A stretch of 64,000 bases of DNA, taken from positions 18,879 to 82,878 of the forward strand of contig CACNJC010000001.1 in assembly GCA_902620585.1 (NCBI GenBank), written 5' to 3'. How positions within the stretch are numbered: the first letter of the stretch is position 1; every line of letters begins with the position of its first letter. Shown here piece after piece: positions 1-10,052 of this stretch. The translations under genes and the position numbers were made by a program. This stretch comes from an uncultured Pelagibacteraceae bacterium. Lineage in GTDB: Bacteria; Pseudomonadota; Alphaproteobacteria; Pelagibacterales; Pelagibacteraceae. Under the pieces are notes generated by a model. It worked only from the letters and a program-made list of their open reading frames with translations, was not told the DNA's origin and did not search any database.

Positions 1-528
1 TATGAAAAAAAGTTTAAGGAAAGTTGGGCTTATAAAGAATTGTATACTGCAAGAAATGTTAAACCTAGTTTCAGTTGGGGTTTGATATTGGGAATTATTT
101 TTACAGGCATAGATCAAATTTTATTCAGGGGAAGGCTACCTTTTACTTTAAAACATAAACATGCAGATCATGAAACTTTAAAACCAGCTAATCAAATGCC
201 TAAAATTGAATATCCAAAACCTGATGGTAAACTAACATTTGATAAAACTAGCTCTGTTTATTTAACAGGGACTAATCATGCTGAAAACCAACCTGTCCAT
301 TTGAGGTTAAAAGATCCTAATCTTCCTATTAATTACACTTTAAAAGAGTACGATGAACCGGCTCAAAGATACTGTCCAGTAGGAGTTTACGAAGTTCAAA
401 AAGAAAAATTTGTTATAAACTCTCAAAATTGTATCCATTGTAAGACCTGTGATATCAAAGAACCCTCTCAAAATATCACTTGGGTTGCACCCGAAGGTGG
501 CGGTGGTCCTAAATACGGAAACATGTAA
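1..528 (+). CDS. Electron transfer flavoprotein-ubiquinone oxidoreductase, C-terminal part (5' truncated by window)
   Basis: Frame is open from base 1 (YEKKFKESWAYKELYTARN). Motifs YPKPDGKLTFD, RYCPVGVYE, NCIHCKTCDIKEP (4Fe-4S) and PEGGGGPKY are typical of ETF-QO. Confidence 0.93.
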   Translation, partial: YEKKFKESWAYKELYTARNVKPSFSWGLILGIIFTGIDQILFRGRLPFTLKHKHADHETLKPANQMPKIEYPKPDGKLTFDKTSSVYLTGTNHAENQPVHLRLKDPNLPINYTLKEYDEPAQRYCPVGVYEVQKEKFVINSQNCIHCKTCDIKEPSQNITWVAPEGGGGPKYGNM

Positions 529-574
529 AAAGACTATTGCTTTTGTCTGTGAGAAAGCATAATGGCTTTCCACC

Positions 575-1897
575 ATGTATAAAATTATAAAAAATTCTTG
601 GGCTCTATTCACAGGATTTGCAGTAATTATGCTCTCTCATGGTTTTCAAGGAAACCTTTTAGGAATTAGAGCTGTATTAGAAAATTTTAATTTTATTGCA
701 ACGGGCACGATGATGTCAGGTTATTTTATTGGTTATTTCATTGGTGCTAATATCATTCCGAATCTTGTCAGCAAAGTAGGTCATATAAGAGTATTTGCGG
801 CTTTTGCTTCAATGGCATCTTTAAGTTCTTTAGTACATGTTGTGTTTGTGGACCCAGTTATTTGGACCTTAGCAAGATTTTTAACCGGTTTTAGCATGAT
901 TGGGATTCTTATCATTGTTGAAAGTTGGTTAAACGATAGAGCTACTAATAAAACAAGAGGTAAAGTTTTATCTCTTTACATGTTTGTTACTTTTTTTGCT
1001 ATGGCTTTGGGAAACTTATTATTAAATGTAAGTAGCCCTAAAAACTATGAACCGTTCATACTAATTTCTTTATTATTTTCTATAGCATTAATTCCGATAT
1101 TACTTACTAAAAGAAAACCGCCTACGTTTAAAAAAACTAGTTCGATAAAGATTAAGGAGCTTATTAAAATTTCTCCTTTTGGAAGTTTTTCTACATTTTG
1201 TTCAGGTTTCATTTTTTCGGCAATGTTCACAATGTTATCAGTTTATGCTGTAACGATGAATCTATCTGTTTTAGAAATTTCCATATTGCTATTTGCAGTA
1301 ACACTAGCAGGTGCACTTTTTCAGTGGCCAATAGGTTCGTTGTCAGACAATTATGATAGACGAATAATAATTATAGGATGTTGTGTAGCATCATCTATTT
1401 TTGCTGTTCTTTCGATCATGGCATCTGGAATTTCTTTTGAAAATCTTTTTGTAGAAGAAATGTTTAGATTTAATTACTTTTCAACAGAAACAAGCATGGA
1501 TAAAACAAAATTATTTATTTTTGTAATTCTTTTATCTGGAATGACACTTCCCCTATTTGCATTAAATCTTGCGCTTGTAAATGACTACATACCAAAAGAA
1601 AAGTTTGTTGCTGCTGGAGCTGGTTTAAACATTATATTCGGTTTAGGTGCAATAGCCGGGCCTATTATGTGTTCAGTTTTGATGAATATCTTTGGACCTA
1701 ACGGATTCTTTATTCATCTTCTAATCTTTTTCATTGTAATCTCTATTTTTGGGATTTTTAGAATGAATAAAAGAAAGTATGAGGATAATCCTGACTCTAC
1801 TTTTACACCTCTACCAAAAGATATTACTCCTCTAGGTATTGAACTTGATCCAGATACAGGGGTAGACTTATCTAATACTTCAAATGATAAAAAATAG
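575..1897 (+). CDS. MFS transporter (YcaD-like)
   Basis: About 12 hydrophobic segments; motifs VGHIRVFAAF, ESWLN and GSLSDNYDRR. Confidence 0.88.
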   Translation: MYKIIKNSWALFTGFAVIMLSHGFQGNLLGIRAVLENFNFIATGTMMSGYFIGYFIGANIIPNLVSKVGHIRVFAAFASMASLSSLVHVVFVDPVIWTLARFLTGFSMIGILIIVESWLNDRATNKTRGKVLSLYMFVTFFAMALGNLLLNVSSPKNYEPFILISLLFSIALIPILLTKRKPPTFKKTSSIKIKELIKISPFGSFSTFCSGFIFSAMFTMLSVYAVTMNLSVLEISILLFAVTLAGALFQWPIGSLSDNYDRRIIIIGCCVASSIFAVLSIMASGISFENLFVEEMFRFNYFSTETSMDKTKLFIFVILLSGMTLPLFALNLALVNDYIPKEKFVAAGAGLNIIFGLGAIAGPIMCSVLMNIFGPNGFFIHLLIFFIVISIFGIFRMNKRKYEDNPDSTFTPLPKDITPLGIELDPDTGVDLSNTSNDKK

Positions 1898-2789
1898 TTC
1901 AGCCATACTAATTGTTTTAATTGCAGGGCTGTTCTGGTCTTTTGGGCCTTTAGTTGTAAGATACATAGAAGATGCGCACTTAATTCCCTGGCAATATCTT
2001 TTTTTTAGAGGTTCAGTAATTTTTTTAGTATTAAACATTTATTTATTTTTAGCTGAAGGTCATAAATTTACTAAAAATTATAATAAGATCGGTTTATCTG
2101 GAGTAATTGGCGGAGTAAGTCTTGGTATTGCTAATATATCTTTTATCCTTTCTATTACAACTACTACTGCAGCCGTGACTATGATGATGCTAGCAACTCA
2201 ACCGTTTGTAGCTGCAATTCTAGCTTATATTTTTTTAAAAGAAAAAATTTCAAAGACAACACTGATATCAATAATTGTAGCTGCTGGAGGTATTATATTT
2301 ATGTCTTTAGATAGCAAAGGAGAAGGCTCATTATTTGGTTTGTTTAATGGGTTACTTTCGTCTTTAGGTTTTGCAGGGTTTACTGTTTCACTAAGGTGGA
2401 GAAAAAAAACTCCAAAATTTACTACTGTAGCTATAGCAGGAATTTTCTGTGCAGCAGTAGCAATTTTAGTTCTAATATTTTATGACAGTAATATTTTAAT
2501 TTCAGTTAAAAATTCATCTCTATCTGCTTTACACGGATTTCTAGTTTGTTCCGGGCTTATATTGTTTTCAATGAAGTCAAAATATCTTCCAGCAACAGAT
2601 TTGACTCTTCTCTCACTGACTGAGGTCTTAGGTGGAATTTTCTGGGTTTGGTTGCCAATATTTGGAATTAATGAAGTTCCAACTGTAAATACTTTAATTG
2701 GAGGAGGCATTATTACAACTGCAATAATCTTTTATGCCTTTAATACCAAACGTCCTCTATCCTCAAGATATATTTGGGCAAAAAATTAA
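1884..2789 (+). CDS. DMT/EamA family transporter
   Basis: 301 aa, about 10 TM segments in two repeats; P-x-x-x-A-I-L-A-Y-I-F-L-K-E-K pattern. Confidence 0.85.
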   Translation: MIKNSSAILIVLIAGLFWSFGPLVVRYIEDAHLIPWQYLFFRGSVIFLVLNIYLFLAEGHKFTKNYNKIGLSGVIGGVSLGIANISFILSITTTTAAVTMMMLATQPFVAAILAYIFLKEKISKTTLISIIVAAGGIIFMSLDSKGEGSLFGLFNGLLSSLGFAGFTVSLRWRKKTPKFTTVAIAGIFCAAVAILVLIFYDSNILISVKNSSLSALHGFLVCSGLILFSMKSKYLPATDLTLLSLTEVLGGIFWVWLPIFGINEVPTVNTLIGGGIITTAIIFYAFNTKRPLSSRYIWAKN

Positions 2790-2793
2790 CGAT

Positions 2794-3315
2794 CTACAAG
2801 TTAATCAAATCAATCAGTCTTTTTTTGAAATAATCTTCGTATGATTTGTTGCAAGTTATTATATATTTTTCGTTTAATTTGTATATATAGCAATCTATTC
2901 GGGCTATTAAAGTTTGTGCCATTGAAAAGTCAGGAAATTTTTTATCGCGAAGATCAAATTGAGTTAATTTATTTAAGAACTCATTTTTATTTTTACCTAA
3001 TACTTCAAAGTATACTTGTCCATATGAATAATCAGAGGCAAGAATTTCATCGTTTAAGTTTAAGTTCGAAATAATCTTTAAAATTTCTTTGTAATCCTGT
3101 TCAACTAAATAAACTAAAGTCCACTGATCAAAAGAATTTTTTGCAAAAATACATTTATCATTAGTTTTTAGTTCAAGATTTTTAGATGGAGGTTGTAAAG
3201 ATATTTCTTTATTTACAACTTGGTTAAATTGATCTTTTCCATCACCTCTTATCAAAATTTGTTGAAAATTTTTTTGAGTAATATCTACTCCATCAGCTGA
3301 AAGCAATTTGGTCAT
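2794..3315 (-). CDS. soxG: Sarcosine oxidase-type gamma subunit
   Basis: Last gene of the soxBDA operon with ATGA overlap; LNKLTQFDL...AQTLIARID resembles SoxG. Confidence 0.75.
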   Translation of the reverse strand: MTKLLSADGVDITQKNFQQILIRGDGKDQFNQVVNKEISLQPPSKNLELKTNDKCIFAKNSFDQWTLVYLVEQDYKEILKIISNLNLNDEILASDYSYGQVYFEVLGKNKNEFLNKLTQFDLRDKKFPDFSMAQTLIARIDCYIYKLNEKYIITCNKSYEDYFKKRLIDLINL

Positions 3316-6299
3316 GAAGTTAACCTTTTATTTTCTGGGTCTATGAAAACTGGATTTACTATTTCAACAGGAATATTTTTTGTACCTTTAGGTGTTGAAA
3401 CAAATAATTTCTTACCCATTAATTTATTTCCACCTTTAACCATAGCCATAGAGATACAATGATTCAAATTAGGGCTGTGATAGCTAGAAGAAATATGTCC
3501 AAGATATTCTACTGGAGTTTTAATCTTATTAGGTAAGTTTTCACATTCAACAACATGTTGTCCCTCTTCAATAAATTGAGATTTATTTAAAGGAATAATG
3601 CCCACTAATTGTTTTCTATCATCTCTTACAGTGTCACTTCTGGTTAGAGATCTTTTTCCAATGAAATCTTTTTTCTTTTTACCTATCATCCAGTTAAAAT
3701 TTATATCGATCGGTGTTACTGTTCCGTCTGTCTCTTGCCCAATTACAACATAACCTTTTTCAGCTCTTAATAAATGCATGGTTTCAGTACCATATGGAAC
3801 TAGATCGAAATCTTTTCCATGCTTAAATATCAGCTCCCATAGCTCTAGGGCATATTGAGGACTAATATAAATTTCATAACCTAGTTCACCTGTAAAACTT
3901 GCTCTCATTATTCTAGCTTCAGTGTTCTTGTAATTGAAAGTTTTGAATGTCATGAATGGAAATTTTTCATTGTTGAAGTCAATGTCTGTAAATACTTTTC
4001 TCATTATTTCTCTTGTTCTGGGGCCGCTTATATTAAAAGTAGTGAATTGTTCTGTAATTGAATTTAGATAAACTTGTAAATGTGGCCATTCAGTCTGAAG
4101 AAATTCTTCCATATGTGCAAAAACTTTTGGCGCTCCGCCTGAAGTTGTGGTTGCTATGAAGTGTTTGTCATTAATTTTGCAAATTATTCCATCGTCCATG
4201 ATCATTCCATCTTCTCCTAGCATCAGCGCATATCTTGAAGTCATTGGTTTCATTTTTGTAAACGCATTTGTGTACATTAAATTCATAAATTCTAAAGCGT
4301 CTTTTCCTTTAATTTCTATTTTTCCAAGAGTGCTGCCATCCAAAATTCCTGCAGAGCGTCTTGTTTGTTTTGACTCTCTTTGAACTGCTTGATGCATAGT
4401 TTCTGTCTCATGTTTTTTAAAATACCAAGGTCGTTTCCATTGCCCCACATCTTCAAAAACTGCATTATTTTTTATATGCCAATTGTGAATTGGTGTTTTT
4501 CTCTCTGGATCATAATATTCATAAGTACTTCTTCCGGCTATAGCTGCAAAGCTCAAAGGAGCATAAGGCGGTCTATAAGTTGTAGTCCCAACTTCTGAAA
4601 TTTTTTTATTTAAAATTTTTGATACAATTCCTAACGAGTTAATGCTGCTTATTTTACCTTGGTCTGTTCCCATGCTATTAGTTGTATATCTTTTTAGATG
4701 CTCTATTCGATCATATCCCTCATTAATCGCTTGTTTTAAATCTTTCGTTGTTACATCATTATGTAGATCAATAAAAGATTTAGCCCACTTAGAAGTTTTA
4801 TCAGTTTTTGTCTCCCACAATTCCTCGATTGAAAAATCATCTCTTATATTTGTTTCTATTTCAGGATTGAGATCCTTAACTTTTAAAAATGATAATTTTT
4901 TATTTATTTCTTCACAAAGATTTTTAAATTCATAGTTTCCACTTACTGAACCTAGTGTGATAGTATTTTGAAAAGCAGTATCTGGCTTAAACGAATTAAT
5001 CTTTTCATCCCATTTAACCAAACCTTTAGATTGTGTAAATAAATGAATATCTGGATTAAATCCACCTGAGGGACATAACATTGAAGAATTGATAGATGAT
5101 ATTTTGTTACTATTATTTCTTATAAAAACTTTTTCTACTTTTTTATTGCCCTCACACCCTTCAACTTCAGACTCGGGGTAAAATGGGATGTTGTTTTTTA
5201 TAAGATACTCTTTTGTTTCATCCTCTATGTCCTCTTTTTTTCTTGAATCAATGTATGCACAAGGCTTACAATTTAAATTAATTAATGATTTAACCAAACT
5301 TATTGTTGACGAGTTATTAGTAAAAATTGCAGGTTTCTCATCTGGTACAACTCCATATCTTTCAATATATTTTTCAAATGAGGATGCTAGCATAACTCCA
5401 GGCAAATCATTATTTCTAAAAGAAATAAATCTTTCTATATGACCATTTGCTAAAATTGTATGGGTTGTTCTAATTTTGTGTAATGTTAGTTCTGATTTAT
5501 TGATATCTATTTTTTTACCTGAAAATTTATCCTCTAAAGCTATTAAATGATTGGTAAAATTATAAGTAGTGACAAGAGTATTTTTTAAAATTTTAATATT
5601 GTTTGATTTTAAAATTAATTTTTCGGTTTCCTGAATCCATTCAAAAGTATTTTTGCCGTCAATTTTTTTTACTTTATTAGAGTTATTTAAAATTCCCCCT
5701 AAAAAACTATCTTGTTCAACAAGAAGGACTTGTTTATCCGTATCAATTAATTTTCTTGCAGCTAACAAGCCGCTGAGACCACCTCCTACTATCAAAATAT
5801 CAACATTATGATTTTGATGTATGCTTTTCGATCTAAAATTTTTTGGTGGCTTTCCTAATCCGGCTGTTCGCCTAATTAATGGCTCGTAGATTTTTTTCCA
5901 AAATCCTTTCGGTCCCATAAAAGTTTTATAATAAAATCCAGCTGAAAATATCGGAGATAAAATATTATTTATTGAACCTATATCAAAAGACAATGATGGC
6001 CAACGATTCTGACTACAGATATTAATCCCTTCATATGCCCTTTTAATCGTTGCTCGTGTGTTAGGTTCATTATGTTCATTTAAAATTTGGACAAGTGCAT
6101 TTGGCTCTTCTATTCCACAAGTATAAATTCCTCTAGGCCTATGGTATTTAAAACTTCTACCAATCAACCTAATATTGTTTCTTAGTAAAGCTGAAGCTAT
6201 AGTATCGCCTTCATAGGCAGAGTAAGACCTTCCATCAAAAGTTATTTTGATTTCTTTATTAGAAATATAATTACAATTTTTATTTTTAAGAGCTGACAT
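3312..6299 (-). CDS. soxA: Sarcosine oxidase-type alpha subunit
   Basis: GDTIASAL, RSFKYHRPRG, GFYYKTFM, KRYTTNSMGTDQGK and a C-terminal GcvT-like folate domain (SFTGELGYEI, LRAEKG). Confidence 0.95.
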   Translation of the reverse strand: MSALKNKNCNYISNKEIKITFDGRSYSAYEGDTIASALLRNNIRLIGRSFKYHRPRGIYTCGIEEPNALVQILNEHNEPNTRATIKRAYEGINICSQNRWPSLSFDIGSINNILSPIFSAGFYYKTFMGPKGFWKKIYEPLIRRTAGLGKPPKNFRSKSIHQNHNVDILIVGGGLSGLLAARKLIDTDKQVLLVEQDSFLGGILNNSNKVKKIDGKNTFEWIQETEKLILKSNNIKILKNTLVTTYNFTNHLIALEDKFSGKKIDINKSELTLHKIRTTHTILANGHIERFISFRNNDLPGVMLASSFEKYIERYGVVPDEKPAIFTNNSSTISLVKSLINLNCKPCAYIDSRKKEDIEDETKEYLIKNNIPFYPESEVEGCEGNKKVEKVFIRNNSNKISSINSSMLCPSGGFNPDIHLFTQSKGLVKWDEKINSFKPDTAFQNTITLGSVSGNYEFKNLCEEINKKLSFLKVKDLNPEIETNIRDDFSIEELWETKTDKTSKWAKSFIDLHNDVTTKDLKQAINEGYDRIEHLKRYTTNSMGTDQGKISSINSLGIVSKILNKKISEVGTTTYRPPYAPLSFAAIAGRSTYEYYDPERKTPIHNWHIKNNAVFEDVGQWKRPWYFKKHETETMHQAVQRESKQTRRSAGILDGSTLGKIEIKGKDALEFMNLMYTNAFTKMKPMTSRYALMLGEDGMIMDDGIICKINDKHFIATTTSGGAPKVFAHMEEFLQTEWPHLQVYLNSITEQFTTFNISGPRTREIMRKVFTDIDFNNEKFPFMTFKTFNYKNTEARIMRASFTGELGYEIYISPQYALELWELIFKHGKDFDLVPYGTETMHLLRAEKGYVVIGQETDGTVTPIDINFNWMIGKKKKDFIGKRSLTRSDTVRDDRKQLVGIIPLNKSQFIEEGQHVVECENLPNKIKTPVEYLGHISSSYHSPNLNHCISMAMVKGGNKLMGKKLFVSTPKGTKNIPVEIVNPVFIDPENKRLTS

Positions 6300-6302
6300 A
6301 AT

Positions 6303-6653
6303 TTATTTCTTAACAGCAAAATTTCCAGATCCTACTATTGGTTCACCTGACGGGGATTTTAGAGTGCTTTGGAATTCACTAATATCTGGTTTGTTGTCAG
6401 TTAACTTATAAATTTTTAAGATTGTATCAGTTGAGGTGTCACGAACTACATTAAACCATTTTCTACATCCATGGGTATGCACCCATCTCTCATAGAAAAT
6501 TCCTTTTGGATTTGATCGATAAAAAACATATTGACCCCAATCCTTGTCATTTAAAATATCAGGATCTTTTGGCCGTATTACATGAGCCTCTCCACCATTA
6601 GTAAATTCAGATTGTTCTCGTTCTCCACAGTATGGACAGTTTATTAAAATCAT
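6303..6653 (-). CDS. soxD: Sarcosine oxidase delta subunit
   Basis: CPYCG...EF...GGEAH...RP and HTHGCRKWFNVVRDT zinc motif. Confidence 0.93.
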   Translation of the reverse strand: MILINCPYCGEREQSEFTNGGEAHVIRPKDPDILNDKDWGQYVFYRSNPKGIFYERWVHTHGCRKWFNVVRDTSTDTILKIYKLTDNKPDISEFQSTLKSPSGEPIVGSGNFAVKK

Positions 6654-6655
6654 AA

Positions 6656-7906
6656 TTAATGTGCTACAGCAGCTGCGCCATGTTCATCAATTAATCTACC
6701 GTTAGAAAACCTTTCTAAATTAAATGCTGCATTGATTTTATGTGGCTCATCGTTTGCTACTGTGTGTGCAAAAACATTTGCGCTTCCTGGAGTTGCTTTA
6801 AAACCACCTGTGCCCCATCCACAATTAAAATATAAACCTTTAACCTCACATTTACTTATTATTGGACTGGCATCAGGACAGATGTCAACTATTCCACCCC
6901 ATTGTCTTAACATCTTCATTTTTCCAAAAATTGGATACAGTTCTACAATAGCACGAACAGTTTCTTCAATAACATCGTATCCACCTCTTTGTGTAAAAGA
7001 ATTATAACCGTCTGTTCCGGCTCCTATAACTAATTCACCTTTATCTGATTGACTTACGTAAGCATGAACTGCGTTGGACATTACGACAGTGTTTATTACA
7101 GGTTTAATTGGTTCTGATACTAAAGCTTGTAGAGGCCTACTTTGTAGTGGCAACCTTACGCCAGCTGTTTGAGCAAGCACACTTGTGTGTCCTGATGCTA
7201 CTACAGCAACTTTATTTGCTTTAATAAAACCTTTTGAAGTATTAACGCCCTCAACTTTGTGATTGTCAGTTTTAATATCTTTAACTTCACAATTTTGAAT
7301 AATATCAACACCCATCTCATTTGATCTTAATGCATAGCCCCAAGCAACAGCATCGTGTCTAGCAACTCCTCCTCGTGGTTGAAAAGCAGCACCTAGTACT
7401 GGATATCTTAAATTTTCTGTATTCATTATTGGCACTAATTCTTTAATTTGTTTTGTATCAATCCATTGAGTATCTAGACCATTTAATCTATTTGCGCTTA
7501 TTCTTCTTTTCATCTCTTTAATGTCATGCTCATTGTGTGCTAAATTCATTACGCCTCTTTGACTGAACATCATGTTAAAGTTTAATTCTTCAGATAAGTT
7601 TTCCCACAATTTTACTGAATGATCATACAAATGCGCGCTTTCATTCCATAAATAGTTAGATCTAATTATTGTAGTGTTTCTTCCGGTATTACCGCCGCCA
7701 AGCCAACCTTTTTCTATAACTGCAATATTCTTAAAACCGTGTTCCTTTGCAAGGTAATAAGCTGTTCCTAAACCATGGCCTCCACCTCCTACAATAATTA
7801 CATCATACCCTTTTTTGGGCTCTGGGCTTTCCCACATTTTTTGCCAATTCTCATTATTAGAGAAAGCATTTTTAATCAGACTAAAAATTGAATATTTTTT
7901 TCTCAT
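6656..7906 (-). CDS. soxB: Sarcosine oxidase beta subunit (start re-assigned to MRKKYS)
   Basis: GGGGHG FAD motif, [28 protein letters not shown] and the C-terminal [10 protein letters not shown]. Confidence 0.95.
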   Translation of the reverse strand: MRKKYSIFSLIKNAFSNNENWQKMWESPEPKKGYDVIIVGGGGHGLGTAYYLAKEHGFKNIAVIEKGWLGGGNTGRNTTIIRSNYLWNESAHLYDHSVKLWENLSEELNFNMMFSQRGVMNLAHNEHDIKEMKRRISANRLNGLDTQWIDTKQIKELVPIMNTENLRYPVLGAAFQPRGGVARHDAVAWGYALRSNEMGVDIIQNCEVKDIKTDNHKVEGVNTSKGFIKANKVAVVASGHTSVLAQTAGVRLPLQSRPLQALVSEPIKPVINTVVMSNAVHAYVSQSDKGELVIGAGTDGYNSFTQRGGYDVIEETVRAIVELYPIFGKMKMLRQWGGIVDICPDASPIISKCEVKGLYFNCGWGTGGFKATPGSANVFAHTVANDEPHKINAAFNLERFSNGRLIDEHGAAAVAH

Positions 7907-8007
7907 AATGCAAATTAGCAAAAAAGGAGAAAATAACAAAAGAATTCAAAAGCAAAAAGTATCAGTATGATATGCATAAAATGCTGATTTTGAGGGGTTT
8001 ATACAAC

Positions 8008-8035
8008 TTGACAATCAAATTTAAAGATTGATAAT
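8008..8035 (+). promoter_or_regulatory. Putative sigma70 promoter for the riboswitch-metY transcript
   Basis: TTGACA (8008-8013), 16 nt spacer, GATAAT (8030-8035). The predicted start (~8042) falls just before the SAM-II aptamer. Confidence 0.6.
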
Positions 8036-8043
8036 CATCATAT

Positions 8044-8094
8044 AGCGCTGATTTAAGTCAAATTGCTGAGCGCTTAAAAAATCCAGCTAAAGCG
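8044..8094 (+). promoter_or_regulatory. SAM-II riboswitch aptamer
   Basis: AGCGCT-GATTTAA...TTGCTG-AGCGCT...CAGCTAAA fits the SAM-II H-type pseudoknot: P1 agcgct/agcgct, UGAUUU loop, ttgctg pairing with cagctaa. Lies upstream of a methionine-pathway gene. Confidence 0.85.
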
Positions 8095-8107
8095 AATAAG
8101 TCTTTTG

Positions 8108-8136
8108 ACCACCGCTTTAGCCGGTGGTTTTTTTTT
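8108..8136 (+). terminator. Riboswitch-controlled intrinsic terminator
   Basis: Stem ACCACCG/CGGTGGT followed by a U-run. CGCTTTAGC (8113-8121) is the exact complement of the aptamer 3' end GCTAAAGCG (8086-8094), giving an antiterminator. Confidence 0.85.
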
Positions 8137-8157
8137 GAAATCTTTCAAGATTAAACC

Positions 8158-8212
8158 GGGCATTTGAACTGTATTGTACGCCTGACATATCGTCGAAGTA
8201 CTAAAAAAGGAG
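8158..8212 (+). promoter_or_regulatory. SAM-V riboswitch aptamer abutting the metY SD
   Basis: GGCATTTGAACTGTATTGTACGCC, a small hairpin GAC/GTC, then GTACTAAA immediately followed by the SD AAGGAG. Matches the SAM-V architecture. Confidence 0.9.
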
Positions 8213-8219
8213 AAAAAAA

Positions 8220-9512
8220 ATGGCAAATTTTAAACACCCGGAAACTATAGGTTTGCATGGTGGTGAATACAGAAGCGACCCTGCAACTACTGCTGTAGCT
8301 GTTCCGATTTATCAAACTACTTCTTACCAGTTTAAAAACGCAGAAACAGCTGCAAATTTATTTGGTTTGAAAGAATTTGGAAATATTTACACAAGGATAA
8401 TGAATCCAACAGTAGATGTTTTGGAAAAAAGAGTTGCAGCTTTAGAAGGTGGTTTAGCCGCCGTAGCAGTTGGCTCTGGCCAAGCAGCATCAGCTTTTTG
8501 TATACAGAATTTAGCACAAGCTGGAGACAATGTTGTTGCTTCAACAGATCTTTACGGTGGGACAGTAAACTTATTTAAGAATACTTTAAGACAGCAAGGT
8601 ATTGAAGTGAGATTTGCTGACCCAGCTGACCCTAAAAACTTTGAAAAAATGACTGATGACAAAACAAGGGCTTATTATGGCGAGTCTTGTCCTAATCCTT
8701 ACTTAAGAGTTTTTCCAATCAAAGAAGTTGCAGATATTGGGAGAAAAAAAGGTATTCCATTAATAATAGACAATACCGCTTCACCAGTAATTTGTAAGCC
8801 TCTTGCTCATGGAGCTGCAGTTGTAATGCACTCCCTGACAAAATATATCGGTGGGCATGGAACTTCAATTGGAGGAATAATAGTTGACGGTGGTAATTTT
8901 GATTGGACAAAAGATAGAAAGAGACAGCCACTAATGAATGAACCAGATCAAAGTTATAATGGAGCGATTTGGGCTGATGCAGTGCCTCAACTTACTGGAG
9001 CTAATATACCTTATGCAATTAGGGCAAGAGTAGTATTGCTTCGAGATTTGGGCGCTCCTCTAAGTCCTTTTAATGCTTTCCAAATAATACAAGGTCTTGA
9101 GACCGTGGCATTAAGAATGAAGCAACATTGTAGCAATGCAGAAAAAGTTGTGTCGTTCTTAGAAACACAAAAAAAAGTTAAAAATATAATTTACCCTACA
9201 AATCATCAAGGTGAGATAAAAGAAAGAGCAAAAAGATATATGCAGGGTGGGTACGGCTCTTTAGTAGGAATGGATGTCGGAACTAGAGAAGCTGGAGCAA
9301 AGTTTATCGATAATCTAAAACTTTTATACCATGTTGCAAACATAGGTGATGCTAGAAGTTTAGCCATACACCCTGCTACCACAACTCATAGTCAATTAAA
9401 TGATAAAGAGTTACTAGCTGCTGGCGTTACGCCTGGATATGTCAGACTTTCTATAGGTATTGAGCATCCAGATGATATTATTGCGGATATTAAACAAGCA
9501 TTAGCTGCTTAA
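8220..9512 (+). CDS. metY: O-acetylhomoserine sulfhydrylase (Cys/Met PLP enzyme)
   Basis: VPIYQTTSY, YTRIMNPT, HSLTKYIGGHG (PLP lysine), ANIGDARSLAIHPATTTH; preceded by SAM riboswitches. Confidence 0.93.
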   Translation: MANFKHPETIGLHGGEYRSDPATTAVAVPIYQTTSYQFKNAETAANLFGLKEFGNIYTRIMNPTVDVLEKRVAALEGGLAAVAVGSGQAASAFCIQNLAQAGDNVVASTDLYGGTVNLFKNTLRQQGIEVRFADPADPKNFEKMTDDKTRAYYGESCPNPYLRVFPIKEVADIGRKKGIPLIIDNTASPVICKPLAHGAAVVMHSLTKYIGGHGTSIGGIIVDGGNFDWTKDRKRQPLMNEPDQSYNGAIWADAVPQLTGANIPYAIRARVVLLRDLGAPLSPFNAFQIIQGLETVALRMKQHCSNAEKVVSFLETQKKVKNIIYPTNHQGEIKERAKRYMQGGYGSLVGMDVGTREAGAKFIDNLKLLYHVANIGDARSLAIHPATTTHSQLNDKELLAAGVTPGYVRLSIGIEHPDDIIADIKQALAA

Positions 9513-9518
9513 ATTATT

Positions 9519-9548
9519 TAAGCCCTGTTTTAAAAAAAATAGGGCTTA
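9519..9548. terminator. Probable bidirectional terminator hairpin
   Basis: TAAGCCCT...AGGGCTTA inverted repeat between convergent genes, AT-rich on both sides. Confidence 0.65.
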
Positions 9549-9559
9549 ATAAAATTTAG

Positions 9560-9943
9560 TTATCTTCTTCGATTTTGAATTGACTTAGAAGCTAAATCTT
9601 CAATTTTAGATTTTTTGTAAATTTTTTCTTTGGTGTTTTGAATGCTATTTTTTAAAGCCGCGCACATTTCAGTATCTGTTGACTCTAAAAATTTAACACA
9701 TTTCTCTTTTTTATTATTTGGATTATTCTGTTTGACATATGCTAAGGCGTGTTCTGTGGGTGTTTTACCTGTCTGTTGTTTAATGCCATAGCTTATAATT
9801 GATGAGGCTGTCGATTGAACAATTTTCCCTCCTCCAGTCATACTTGTTCCAAATGCACCAGAAGCTGGTCCAAGTAAAGCCACGGACTCTGCACATCCAT
9901 TCAACATTAATAATGATGCAATAAGACAATATATTTTTTTCAT
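9560..9943 (-). CDS. Hypothetical lipoprotein
   Basis: MKKIY, a hydrophobic stretch, then lipobox LNGC; purine-rich GGGGAAG just upstream of the ATG. Confidence 0.75.
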   Translation of the reverse strand: MKKIYCLIASLLMLNGCAESVALLGPASGAFGTSMTGGGKIVQSTASSIISYGIKQQTGKTPTEHALAYVKQNNPNNKKEKCVKFLESTDTEMCAALKNSIQNTKEKIYKKSKIEDLASKSIQNRRR

Positions 9944-10052
9944 ACTTCCCCAAAACGCTTATACAGAGATTTATTTTAAAACAAACTAATCTCTCTCTCA
10001 TTTTGAGCTTATCAACGTCTTTTTTAAAATCAACTAATAATTGAAAATTTAA

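Noticed and set aside
7907-8007. Possible glycine riboswitch upstream of soxB
   Set aside because: The spacer is short and lacks the paired GGAGA...CCGAAG aptamer elements on the minus strand.
9780-10001. 73-aa minus-strand ORF overlapping the lipoprotein gene
   Set aside because: An alternative frame with Cys/Trp-rich, non-protein-like composition; the 9560-9943 frame has a lipobox and RBS.
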